Source of the DNA: Clostridia bacterium
Lineage (GTDB): Bacteria; Bacillota; Clostridia; Acetivibrionales; UBA4821
Assembly (NCBI GenBank): GCA_041687355.1
Contig: JAWLCD010000004.1
Location: 19,725 to 83,724 of the forward strand
Direction of reading: 5' to 3'
DNA: 64,000 bases
Part shown: positions 20,998 to 29,432 of the stretch, piece by piece
Numbering within the stretch: position 1 is the first letter of the stretch
How the letters are laid out: each line of letters opens with the position of its first letter
Notes under the pieces: model-generated
Database searches by the model: none
Told to the model about the DNA's origin: nothing
The model's input: only the letters and a program-made list of their open reading frames with translations
Made by a program: the position numbers and the translations under genes

Positions 20998-21028
20998 AAA
21001 CCGCTCTATATGGGCGGCTTTATTTTTT
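20998..21028 (+). terminator. Rho-independent terminator after scpB
   Basis: CCGCTC..(ATAT)..GGGCGG stem including G-U pairs, followed by CTTTATTTTTT. Confidence 0.55.
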
Positions 21029-21127
21029 GGCAATGTATTTATTTCCTGGAAACGGAGAATATAAGATTAGATTATATAGCTTATGTTGTATAGTATTTCA
21101 GAATAATAAGGAAAAATAAATTAACAG

Positions 21128-21319
21128 CTCATAAGGACTACGAAATCGAGATAAACTAGATGCTTGTTATACTAAATTTCAGACCGGAATTAATTCGCCA
21201 TCCTGGCTTAATAATTACTAGAATTGACGTCCTGTCAATTCTTCCTGAAATTTGAGCATAACATAGCATAGTTTATCTAAGATTTCTCCATTACTTATTC
21301 GCCAGTTAATTCATTTTCC
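21128..21319 (+). repeat. Copy 2 (long form) of the intergenic repeat family, with a nested about 133-nt palindromic insert
   Basis: The ends CTCATAAGGACTACGAAATC (21128-21147) and GATTTCTCCATTACTTATTCGCCAGTTAATTCATTTTCC (21281-21319) are contiguous in the short copy at 30891-30954. The insert 21148-21280 has inverted arms GAGATAAACTAGATGCTTGTTATACTAAATTTCAG / CTGAAATTTGAGCATAACATAGCATAGTTTATCTAA. Confidence 0.65.
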
Positions 21320-21352
21320 TTATATACTTTACAAGCTAAATAGCGTAAAAAA

Positions 21353-22024
21353 GTGGGAATATATATGGTTTACTGGTATCTAATGATTGTACTGCTGTTT
21401 TTGGCAGGGATTTTATTGTTTTTTATTTTCAGCAGAATAACGGTTAACTTGGAGTATTACAGAAGTCCGGAACTCCATAAGGTGGGTATACATATTTATC
21501 TGCTGAAAAGGCTGAAGGTCTACAGAAAGGTAATTATAGTTGACAGGGGCCGAGCCGAAGAGAATGGGGAGTATAAAAAGAGGTTGATGAAGAGGATTGA
21601 AAAGGTAGTTGATATATTATTCAGGTCGGTAGATGCCATAAGGGACTATAATGATATGCTTAACAGCATTACAAGAAAAGCGCGAAGGGGTTTTGAATAC
21701 GGAAAGCTCAGCCTGCGGACCAGAATTGGTACCGGAGATGCTGCATTGACTGGAATAACATGCGGATTGGTATGGTCTGTGCTGGGTATTTTAAGAATGC
21801 AGAAGGAGTATGGGGAAGCTTTCAAAGATATGGATTTTCTTGTATGCCCTGATTTCAAAAAAAAGATATTTACTGTTGATGTTAACTGCATATTTACCAT
21901 TAAAACTGTTCATATTATTAGTGTAATCAGGTCGTCCAGAAAGATTTTCGAGCTTGAACGGACAAGAGAACAATATTCCGGAGAAGATAATAAAAAAAAC
22001 CAAGAATTTTTGGAAACGGGGTAG
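21353..22024 (+). CDS. DUF2953-like (YtfI-like) sporulation membrane protein
   Basis: N-terminal TM helix, about 220 aa, immediately upstream of ytfJ as in Bacillus ytfI-ytfJ; alternative ATG at 21365. Confidence 0.45.
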   Translation: MGIYMVYWYLMIVLLFLAGILLFFIFSRITVNLEYYRSPELHKVGIHIYLLKRLKVYRKVIIVDRGRAEENGEYKKRLMKRIEKVVDILFRSVDAIRDYNDMLNSITRKARRGFEYGKLSLRTRIGTGDAALTGITCGLVWSVLGILRMQKEYGEAFKDMDFLVCPDFKKKIFTVDVNCIFTIKTVHIISVIRSSRKIFELERTREQYSGEDNKKNQEFLETG

Positions 22025-22031
22025 ATAGGAA

Positions 22032-22511
22032 ATGAGCGAACATCCCATACAGGGTTTGATGAGTACTGCGATGCAAAGCATAAAGGATATGGTAGATGTG
22101 AATACTATCGTTGGTGATGCCGTCCAGTCTCCCGATGGTGCGGTTATTATTCCCATATCCAGGGTAACTTTCGGATTTGCGGCAGGTGGAAGCGAGTTTA
22201 GTGGGAATATCGAAGAACAGCAGGACAACTCAAAGGAAAACCAGGATGAAAATCAGGGAGGACGGATGCCCTTCGGAGGAGGAAGCGGGGCAGGAGTGAG
22301 TATTAATCCTATTGCCTTTCTTGTAGTCAGTAAGGAGAATATAAAACTGCTTCCGGTCAGCTATAATACATCTCTTGAGAAGGTGCTGGATTTTATACCG
22401 GAAGTGATAGATAAACTGGATGAGTCTATAAAGCAGAAGATTTCTGTAAGAAAAGAAGCAAAACATAATGGAGCCTCAGAAGTCAAAAAGAAAGAAATAC
22501 TAACAGAATAA
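22032..22511 (+). CDS. ytfJ: Sporulation protein YtfJ (GerW family)
   Basis: HPIQGLMSTAMQSIKDMVDVNTIVGD...VIIPISRVTFGFAAGGSEF...FGGGSGAGVSINPIAFLVV is the characteristic YtfJ pattern. Confidence 0.8.
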   Translation: MSEHPIQGLMSTAMQSIKDMVDVNTIVGDAVQSPDGAVIIPISRVTFGFAAGGSEFSGNIEEQQDNSKENQDENQGGRMPFGGGSGAGVSINPIAFLVVSKENIKLLPVSYNTSLEKVLDFIPEVIDKLDESIKQKISVRKEAKHNGASEVKKKEILTE

Positions 22512-22522
22512 TTGCCCGTAGT

Positions 22523-22562
22523 GACAAGGGGACGGGGTTGTTGACAACCCCGTCCCCTTGTC
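22523..22562. repeat. REP-like palindrome A (perfect 18-bp stem, 4-nt loop)
   Basis: GACAAGGGGACGGGGTTG-TTGA-CAACCCCGTCCCCTTGTC; same motif as 26262-26287, 27092-27114 and 50096-50159; lies 12 nt after the ytfJ stop. Confidence 0.85.
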
Positions 22563-22611
22563 TATTATCTATTTCTCTTCCACCTTTATAACATACTTAT
22601 TATTCACAATA

Positions 22612-22640
22612 TTGACATAAAATGTATTGTATGCTAGATT
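22612..22640 (+). promoter_or_regulatory. Putative promoter of the toxin gene (long leader)
   Basis: TTGACA - 17 nt - (TGC)TAGATT read directly; about 260 nt upstream of ATG 22900. Confidence 0.4.
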
Positions 22641-22899
22641 TAAAAAGTTATTTAAACATAATATAGATTCAACAGGTTTGAGCCTGAAATACGTTAAACA
22701 ATTGTTCAACGTAGGATGTTGAAGAAGGAGGAGGTGATTACAAGTAAATATTAGCGGTAACCCACTAGGCTATAGTTTAATAGGATTTAAAGCAAGGGCA
22801 GGTGAGAAAGAGTAGGAGAACTTAGTTTCTATCCAGGACGAATAGATACTCTAGAAGGCTTATTACTAAGGATGATACTAAGAAAGGACGGACGTTGAA

Positions 22900-25740
22900 A
22901 TGATTAGAAAAAGACGGAGAAAATTGAATATAGGAAGATTTATAATTTTTCTATGTGTGGTCACCGCACTTTTAGCTGGAACAGTCTTCGTAGGCATCAA
23001 GGCATGGAACCATTTTACCGGAGACAATATCAACATCAGCCAATGGTTCGATAGGTTCACAAACAAGGAAGAAGCAAGAGAACCTGTTTTGCAAGAGGTT
23101 TTGAGAACTGACTTGAATGTCTCGGTTTCGTTTGAGTCAGCTGATGACCTGGCGAAGACAACCACTATTGATCCAGTTCCGGAGTTAAAAACTGCAATTG
23201 GCCAGAAGGGTATTATCGGTGAGCCGGTTAGTATAAGAACAACATCAGAATTTGAAGAGGCAAAAATTACATTTAAATATGACCCGTCTGAACTAGGTGC
23301 TGCAAAGGTACAGAATCTCCGGATATTTTATTACGATGATGAGAATAGAAATCTGGAGCTTGTAGAAGAGCAGTCCATAGACACTTCAACCAATACGGTA
23401 ACGGCAAATGTGAGCCACTTCTCCATATACCTGCTTGCAGACATGAGTGAATGGTCAAAAACCTGGAAGGACAACTTAACAAAAGCTTTACCCAGGGCAC
23501 CTGACGGAAAGGCTATCCGAAAACCGCTTGACATGGTCTACGTTATTGACAGCTCAGGCAGCATGGGGCCTACACCGTATGGGCATTCACGCTATGACTA
23601 TGAAAGCGACATGAACAATGACAGAATAAAACAGACCCAAGCATCCATAAGGCTTATGGCAAACGATGACAGGGCTGCAGTAATAAGCTTTGACAGCAGC
23701 GCATACCTTCTGCAGGAGTTGACCGGTAACAAAGATGCTCTTATTGCTGCTGCCGATAGAATAGGGGCTAGTGGAAAAACAAACATTCCATGCGGTATTG
23801 AGCAAGCACTTGAACAGCTGTCATCCTATGGACGAAAAGATGCAAATAAATATATTGTCTTCTTGACAGACGGTAAGAATACCGAGGGCAGCGATGATGT
23901 TGACTGGCTCATTAATACAGCCAAGCAGCTTCAGGTCAAGATTTTCACAGTCGCCCTTGGGAAAAATGCCGACAGGCGTTTGCTTGAGATAATTGCCGAG
24001 GCAACCGGAGGAGACTTCTACTACGCCGATTACGCAAAGCAGTTAAAAGATAAGTTCATGCTCATTGGCGAAAAAGTGGATCTGGATATCGATGTTGATA
24101 CCGACAAGGATGGTATTCCCGATTGGGCTGAGAAGAAAGGCTATATACTGCAGGGAACACTAATGAAGGTTATTGCTCCAACAGACCCCAACAACAAGGA
24201 CACTGATAATGACGGTGTGCCAGACAACATCGAATTGGGTACTGTATACTATGACCCCGATACACGGCTTGCTTATGTCAGTGCTGAACCGCTGGTATAT
24301 GGAAAACCTCATGAACCCTACCGCAGTGACCCCACCAAGAAGGATAGAAGGTATGAACTTGATGCCAACTGGCAGGTAGACATTATAAATGCCGCAATGC
24401 TAAAATATCAACAGGGAGAAATAACAACCGAGGCATATAATGCAATCTTCAAAGAAGCATCAGACAGACTTTCGGCATATTACATGGCATCCAAAGGTGA
24501 TATTTTACAAGCGTTCATCGAGACTGAACAGTATAAATTTGCAACTGAGCATATGATGGACATTGAGCTGGTTCAAGAAATAATCCGGGATGCATTTCAG
24601 TTTGAAGAACAGCAAACAACAGGTATAATGGATGCTGAAACATGCAGCAATGTTGCTATGATTCAGATACTCTATAAATCGCAGTATCCGGAAATTCAAG
24701 TAACGGGCTACTTTGACCCGGCAACCAGGCAGCTTTTTGAAGCCATAATTGACCCGAATGACAGCGAGGTTGTCCAGAAAAAGCGTATACTCTCACGCGA
24801 TGAAAAACTTGCAGCAAACGTATTCGGTATTCCTTTAGGTGCCGGTCAAACAGTAATTGGAGCGTTGCAAGGGCTTGGTGAGCTAGGAGCAGAAGCAGCA
24901 ATTTATACAGTCTTTAGTCCTCTTACACGTGGTATCTGTGAAGTCTCACACAGTTCAGGATGGATGAGCGACCGTAGGTATAACAACATGGTGGATTATC
25001 TGGACCGGGACCAGCAGCAAAGGGAGCAGATGTTTGCCAGTATTCCTGCCAATATGTGGGAAGGTATAAGGAATGATGTAGCAAACACTATACAACTGCC
25101 TGCAAACATGTTAGACCCGACGAAGGATATACATGATATGGCCTCGTCCTATCAAAGCGCCCTTAATACAGCACTATTGGCTTACGGCGGTTCCAAAAGC
25201 GTAAAATTTACAGCCACAAAAACCTTTAAAGGGCTGGTTAAAGCAAAGAATGGAACAATCAAGCTGCTTGAATCGGATGCTATAAAGGCCCTCAGGGTTA
25301 GATTCAAGGACAATAGGGGAGCCTTAATGCCTGGGGCTAAGGATAGGGTTGTTGTAAGGAAAGTGGATAATGCTGCTGAGGGAGCAGCTGACGCGAGTAA
25401 GAGGCTAGAATACTTAGGAGCAACACCAGGGAAAGCCTCGAAAACAGGTCAGGAAGTAATTAAAAGAATGGAACAGGAAGGAAAAATAAGAAAGGATCCA
25501 TTTGGGAAGACAGAATTTCAAGCTAGTGATGGGAAATGGTACGATATAAAAGAAGCTGATATGGCTCATAAATATGATGCTGTTACATGGTGGAATGAAA
25601 CAGGAAGGTACTACGGTGCCAAATCCCCTGAAGTAAGAAAGTGGATGTTAGATCCTAATAATTACTACTTAGACCATTTTAGTATTAATCGTTCTCAGGG
25701 AGCGCAACTTAATGAGAATTATTTGCCTCCAATAAAATAG
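22900..25740 (+). CDS. Membrane-anchored polymorphic-toxin-like protein: N-terminal TM, vWA domain, thrombospondin type-3-like Ca-binding repeats, long helical region, C-terminal HNH/EndoVII-fold (GH-E-like) toxin domain
   Basis: TM FIIFLCVVTALLAGTVFVGI; MIDAS VYVIDSSGSMG...TDG; DTDKDGIPDWAE and DTDNDGVPDN; C-terminus GATPGKASKTGQEVIKRM...ADMAHKYDAV...DPNNYYLDHFSINRSQG resembles the GH-E nuclease family as I recall it. Confidence 0.6.
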   Translation: MIRKRRRKLNIGRFIIFLCVVTALLAGTVFVGIKAWNHFTGDNINISQWFDRFTNKEEAREPVLQEVLRTDLNVSVSFESADDLAKTTTIDPVPELKTAIGQKGIIGEPVSIRTTSEFEEAKITFKYDPSELGAAKVQNLRIFYYDDENRNLELVEEQSIDTSTNTVTANVSHFSIYLLADMSEWSKTWKDNLTKALPRAPDGKAIRKPLDMVYVIDSSGSMGPTPYGHSRYDYESDMNNDRIKQTQASIRLMANDDRAAVISFDSSAYLLQELTGNKDALIAAADRIGASGKTNIPCGIEQALEQLSSYGRKDANKYIVFLTDGKNTEGSDDVDWLINTAKQLQVKIFTVALGKNADRRLLEIIAEATGGDFYYADYAKQLKDKFMLIGEKVDLDIDVDTDKDGIPDWAEKKGYILQGTLMKVIAPTDPNNKDTDNDGVPDNIELGTVYYDPDTRLAYVSAEPLVYGKPHEPYRSDPTKKDRRYELDANWQVDIINAAMLKYQQGEITTEAYNAIFKEASDRLSAYYMASKGDILQAFIETEQYKFATEHMMDIELVQEIIRDAFQFEEQQTTGIMDAETCSNVAMIQILYKSQYPEIQVTGYFDPATRQLFEAIIDPNDSEVVQKKRILSRDEKLAANVFGIPLGAGQTVIGALQGLGELGAEAAIYTVFSPLTRGICEVSHSSGWMSDRRYNNMVDYLDRDQQQREQMFASIPANMWEGIRNDVANTIQLPANMLDPTKDIHDMASSYQSALNTALLAYGGSKSVKFTATKTFKGLVKAKNGTIKLLESDAIKALRVRFKDNRGALMPGAKDRVVVRKVDNAAEGAADASKRLEYLGATPGKASKTGQEVIKRMEQEGKIRKDPFGKTEFQASDGKWYDIKEADMAHKYDAVTWWNETGRYYGAKSPEVRKWMLDPNNYYLDHFSINRSQGAQLNENYLPPIK

Positions 25741-25776
25741 CTTGGTATTTAAAAATAATATTTAAGGAGAAGGAAT

Positions 25777-26193
25777 ATGGCAACATTAAATTCAGATATT
25801 CAAAGACATATAGAGGAGTTAATCCAAAAATGTGGAATTGAATATCAAAAAGAAAACTATAATGATGCTATTGCATTATTAGAAAAATCATGGGATATTT
25901 TGCCTTGTCCAAAAGTTATTTATGATGAGAGCTATAGAATTGCAAAATATATTATTCAGTTTTGTCTTTTAGCAAAGGACGTTGATAAAGCTAAAAGATG
26001 GGCTGGTATTATATCAATTTGCGATTTAGAACGAGCTGATAGTGGTGAAAGAGAGTTTTTGGCAGGAAAAGTGGCATATGAGTCAAATGATTTACAAATG
26101 GCAAAAGAGTATTTCTATGTTGCTAACTGGAAATCCGAGGGTAGATGCTTCATAGACGAAGACTCAAAATACTTGAACTTACTAGAAAACTAG
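25777..26193 (+). CDS. Putative cognate immunity protein (small helical/TPR-like)
   Basis: 138 aa, cytoplasmic, AT-rich gene 36 nt downstream of the toxin stop with its own RBS (AAGGAGAAGG); position typical of immunity genes. Confidence 0.45.
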   Translation: MATLNSDIQRHIEELIQKCGIEYQKENYNDAIALLEKSWDILPCPKVIYDESYRIAKYIIQFCLLAKDVDKAKRWAGIISICDLERADSGEREFLAGKVAYESNDLQMAKEYFYVANWKSEGRCFIDEDSKYLNLLEN

Positions 26194-26208
26194 TATTGGC
26201 TAATTCTC

Positions 26209-26249
26209 AGAGTCAGTAGGATATTTCATTTCCTATTGACTCTTTTTTT
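26209..26249 (+). terminator. Rho-independent terminator after the immunity gene
   Basis: GAGTCAGTAGGA / TCCTATTGACTC stem followed by T7. Confidence 0.75.
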
Positions 26250-26261
26250 AATGATACATGT

Positions 26262-27124
26262 GACAAGGGGACGGGGTTGTTGACAACACCTCTGATACAT
26301 AGTACTATATATCAGAGGTGAATATTATGTCAAGAGTTCCAAGAAATAGAAGCAAGAGCGGAGTATACCATATAATTATGAGAGGAATAAACCGACAAAG
26401 CATATTCGAAGATGAGGAAGATTGTGATAAATTCATCCAAACCATCCAAAAGTATAAAGAAATTTGTGAATATAAGTTATATGCATACTGTCTTATGGGA
26501 AATCATCTGCATTTGCTGTTAATGGAAGGTAAAGAACCGTTGGAGCAGGTTATGAGAAGGATATGTGGCAGTTATGTCTACTGGTATAACCGTAAGTATG
26601 ACAGGGTAGGTTATTTATTTCAAGATAGATATAAAAGTGAGCCGGTAGAGGATGATGCATATTTTCTTACAGTATTAAGATATATATATCAAAACCCTGT
26701 AAAGGCTGGCATGGTAACAAGTGTTGAAAAACATACATGGAGTAATTATGACGAATATATAGGAAGAAATACAATGGCTGAAACAAACTTTGTTCTTGAC
26801 ATGTTTAGTAAAGAAAGAGAAAAAGCGATTAAGAGTTTCATTAAATATATTAACGAACCAAATGATGATGTTTGCCTGGAAATATCGGAAAACCAGCAGA
26901 TTAAGGATGAAGATGCAAGAGTTATTATCAAGAACCTATGTAAAGTAAATAATGCAATAGACCTACAAAAACTTAACGCAGATAAAAGAAATGCATGCTT
27001 AAAAGAATTAAAAGAAAAGCATGGCTTATCTATCAGACAGATTGAGAGATTGACCGGAATAAACAGGGGAATTATTCAGAGAGTAGAGGGTGACAACAAC
27101 CCCGTCCCCTTGTCACCCTCTACT
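26262..27124 (+). mobile_element. RAYT unit: REP-associated tyrosine transposase gene flanked by inverted REP copies
   Basis: The left REP is GACAAGGGGACGGGGTTGTTGACAAC (26262-26287). The right REP is inverted, GACAACAACCCCGTCCCCTTGTC (27092-27114), and sits inside a 15-bp-stem hairpin (27082-27124). Confidence 0.75.
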
Positions 27125-27133
27125 GGAGATTAA
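26327..27133 (+). CDS. IS200/IS605-type Y1 (HUH) transposase-like protein, REP-associated (RAYT), with C-terminal HTH region
   Basis: YHIIMRGINRQSIF, HUH motif GNHLHLLL, catalytic-Tyr region LFQDRYKSEPV...LRYIYQNPVKAG; C-terminal LSIRQIERLTGINRGIIQRV; ATG 26327 has GAGGTG 6 nt upstream. Confidence 0.8.
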   Translation: MSRVPRNRSKSGVYHIIMRGINRQSIFEDEEDCDKFIQTIQKYKEICEYKLYAYCLMGNHLHLLLMEGKEPLEQVMRRICGSYVYWYNRKYDRVGYLFQDRYKSEPVEDDAYFLTVLRYIYQNPVKAGMVTSVEKHTWSNYDEYIGRNTMAETNFVLDMFSKEREKAIKSFIKYINEPNDDVCLEISENQQIKDEDARVIIKNLCKVNNAIDLQKLNADKRNACLKELKEKHGLSIRQIERLTGINRGIIQRVEGDNNPVPLSPSTGD

Positions 27134-27620
27134 ACTCTGTCTTTATCGATTCGACTGCCCTTACTTCGTCTTTGCCTGAAACCAGATAGGAGATATCGGT
27201 TTCTGAGGTGCTTACCAGTTTTATATCTATTCCTCTTTCAGCTAAAAGGGCAAAAAGGTTGGCTGCAACGCCAGGAATGTTTCTCATGCCTTCACCATAT
27301 ACCGATATTTTTGAGTTGTTTGAATCAATATCCAGTCTCAGCTGGGGTATATCCTTCTTGAACACTGCAAGAGCTTCAATTACTTTAGACACATCACTCA
27401 GTGGTATACTGAACGACACATTGACCACTCCACTGTATGAGGGTGTCTGGGTTATCATATCAACGTTAATATTTTCTCTTGCAACTGCATTGAAAATATC
27501 AGACATTGTTTTAATATTGTTGGGAACCTTATCAAGGGTTATAAGGGCAACATCACTTAGTACTGTATAGCCGGTTATAATATCGTCATCTATCAATAAT
27601 TCCACCTCCGTAAGTTTCAT
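27120..27620 (-). CDS. Stand-alone tandem-ACT-domain protein (aspartokinase regulatory-subunit-like)
   Basis: Two ACT-like repeats (ITLDKVPNNIKTMSDIFNAVARENINVDMI; VYGEGMRNIPGVAANLFALLAERGIDIKLV); ATG for MKLTEV chosen because the track start 27692 lies inside dapB; no clear SD. Confidence 0.55.
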   Translation of the reverse strand: MKLTEVELLIDDDIITGYTVLSDVALITLDKVPNNIKTMSDIFNAVARENINVDMITQTPSYSGVVNVSFSIPLSDVSKVIEALAVFKKDIPQLRLDIDSNNSKISVYGEGMRNIPGVAANLFALLAERGIDIKLVSTSETDISYLVSGKDEVRAVESIKTEFNLQ

Positions 27621-27627
27621 GCACAGA

Positions 27628-28398
27628 TTAGGTCTGTTCCTGGGTCTGGTTAATAATATTTGACATTCTATACATCCCGGCAGGTTTTCCAATTATAAAC
27701 CTTGCGGCTTTAAGTGCCCCTCTGCCGAAGATGTTTCTTGACATAGCGGTATGCTTGATTTCAACTATTTCATCGTCACCTGCAAAGATTACCGAATGTT
27801 CTCCAACAATAGTTCCTCCCCTGATAGAATGTATACCTATCTCATTTGCGCTCCTTTTTTCACGTTTTGAATGCCTGTTGTATACATATTCATACTTATC
27901 AGGAAGGGTTGAATTAATTGAATCGGCGAACATAAGGGCTGTACCGCTGGGTGCATCAATTTTCTGGTTGTGATGCTTGTCGATAATTTCAATATCAAAG
28001 CCCTCATGCAGAATTCTGGCAGCTTTCGAAATCAAATCTGCAACCAGGTTGGTACCGATTGACATATTTGCCGACTGGAAGATGGGTATTGATTTTGATA
28101 CTCGTACCATCCGGCTTTTCTGGGTCTGGGTGTGGCCTGTTGTAGCGATAACCAATGGTATTTTCCTGAACAGAGCATATTCCAGCAGGGGTTCCAGGGA
28201 GTCGGGGGTGGAGAAATCAATGATAACATCAGCTTTTTCCCTGCAGTCTCTTGGCCTCACATATACAGGATATGCATTCTTCTGAATGCCGCTGGTGTCG
28301 AATCCTGCTGCGACTTTCATATCAGGTTCTTTCTCAATCAAACCGGATATTACCTGGCCCATCTTTCCATTGCATCCGCTTATTATAACATTTATCAC
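27628..28398 (-). CDS. dapB: 4-hydroxy-tetrahydrodipicolinate reductase
   Basis: GCNGKMGQ N-terminus; EIIDKHHNQKIDAPSGTA signature. Confidence 0.9.
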   Translation of the reverse strand: MINVIISGCNGKMGQVISGLIEKEPDMKVAAGFDTSGIQKNAYPVYVRPRDCREKADVIIDFSTPDSLEPLLEYALFRKIPLVIATTGHTQTQKSRMVRVSKSIPIFQSANMSIGTNLVADLISKAARILHEGFDIEIIDKHHNQKIDAPSGTALMFADSINSTLPDKYEYVYNRHSKREKRSANEIGIHSIRGGTIVGEHSVIFAGDDEIVEIKHTAMSRNIFGRGALKAARFIIGKPAGMYRMSNIINQTQEQT

Positions 28399-28496
28399 TC
28401 GTCCCAGCTCCTTTACAAAACAATACTTGAATTCCCTGGTGCAAAAGCGAAGTTTTAATTCTAATATTTAACTTTACAAGAGTCCAGCATGCAGCT

Positions 28497-29381
28497 TTAT
28501 ATTAATCCGTAATTCATCAATGCATCCTTTAATATAGAGGCATTATTTTCGGACATTCCGGTAAGCGGAAGCCTGCACGATCCTACATCAAATCCCATCA
28601 TGTTCATTGCTTCCTTGACAGGTATTGGGTTGACTTCAATGAACAAGGATTTAATCAGGTCTATCATCTTGAGCTGTAATTCCATACTCTTTTTAATATT
28701 ACCTTCGAGATAAGATATAACCATATCGTGTGTATCTTTTGGAGCAATGTTTGCAACCACGGATATGACACCCTTTCCTCCGACAGATAGGACAGGGACA
28801 ATATGGTCATCATTACCGGAATATATATAAATGTCATCCCCACATAATGCAGCCATTTCACATATCTGACTGATATTTCCGCTTGCTTCTTTGATACCTG
28901 TGATGTTATCTATCCTGGATAGCTCCTTTAGTGTACCAGGAGTAACGTTCAACCCGGTTCTTGAAGGTACGTTGTAGACTATTATAGGTAGCTTTACACT
29001 TTTTGCAATAAGAGAATAGTGTTCAACCAACCCTTTCTGGGTGGTTTTATTATAATAGGGTGTAACAATCAGAAGCCCGTCTGCACCTATTTCCTCAGCA
29101 TATCTCGAGAGCTCAAGGCAGTGCATGGTATTGTTGCTTCCGGTACCCGCTATGACCGGTATTCTGCCGGCAGTTTTTTCAACTGCGTACTTAATAGCCG
29201 ATTTTTGTTCTTCATCAGACATAGTAGAGCTTTCACCGGTAGTTCCGCATACTATTATGGCATCGGTGTGTTCACTGATATGATATTCAATCAACGCACC
29301 AAGCTTAGAGAAATTAATACCTTCTTCCGTAAAGGGTGTTACGATTGCAACACCTGAACCGACAAATGGTAAAGTCTTCAT
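28497..29381 (-). CDS. dapA: 4-hydroxy-tetrahydrodipicolinate synthase
   Basis: [18 protein letters not shown], active-site GIKEASG. Confidence 0.9.
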   Translation of the reverse strand: MKTLPFVGSGVAIVTPFTEEGINFSKLGALIEYHISEHTDAIIVCGTTGESSTMSDEEQKSAIKYAVEKTAGRIPVIAGTGSNNTMHCLELSRYAEEIGADGLLIVTPYYNKTTQKGLVEHYSLIAKSVKLPIIVYNVPSRTGLNVTPGTLKELSRIDNITGIKEASGNISQICEMAALCGDDIYIYSGNDDHIVPVLSVGGKGVISVVANIAPKDTHDMVISYLEGNIKKSMELQLKMIDLIKSLFIEVNPIPVKEAMNMMGFDVGSCRLPLTGMSENNASILKDALMNYGLI

Positions 29382-29432
29382 TGTGCATACCCCTTTCCAA
29401 GGTTCTTGTAATACTTATAGGGAAAGCTGAAG

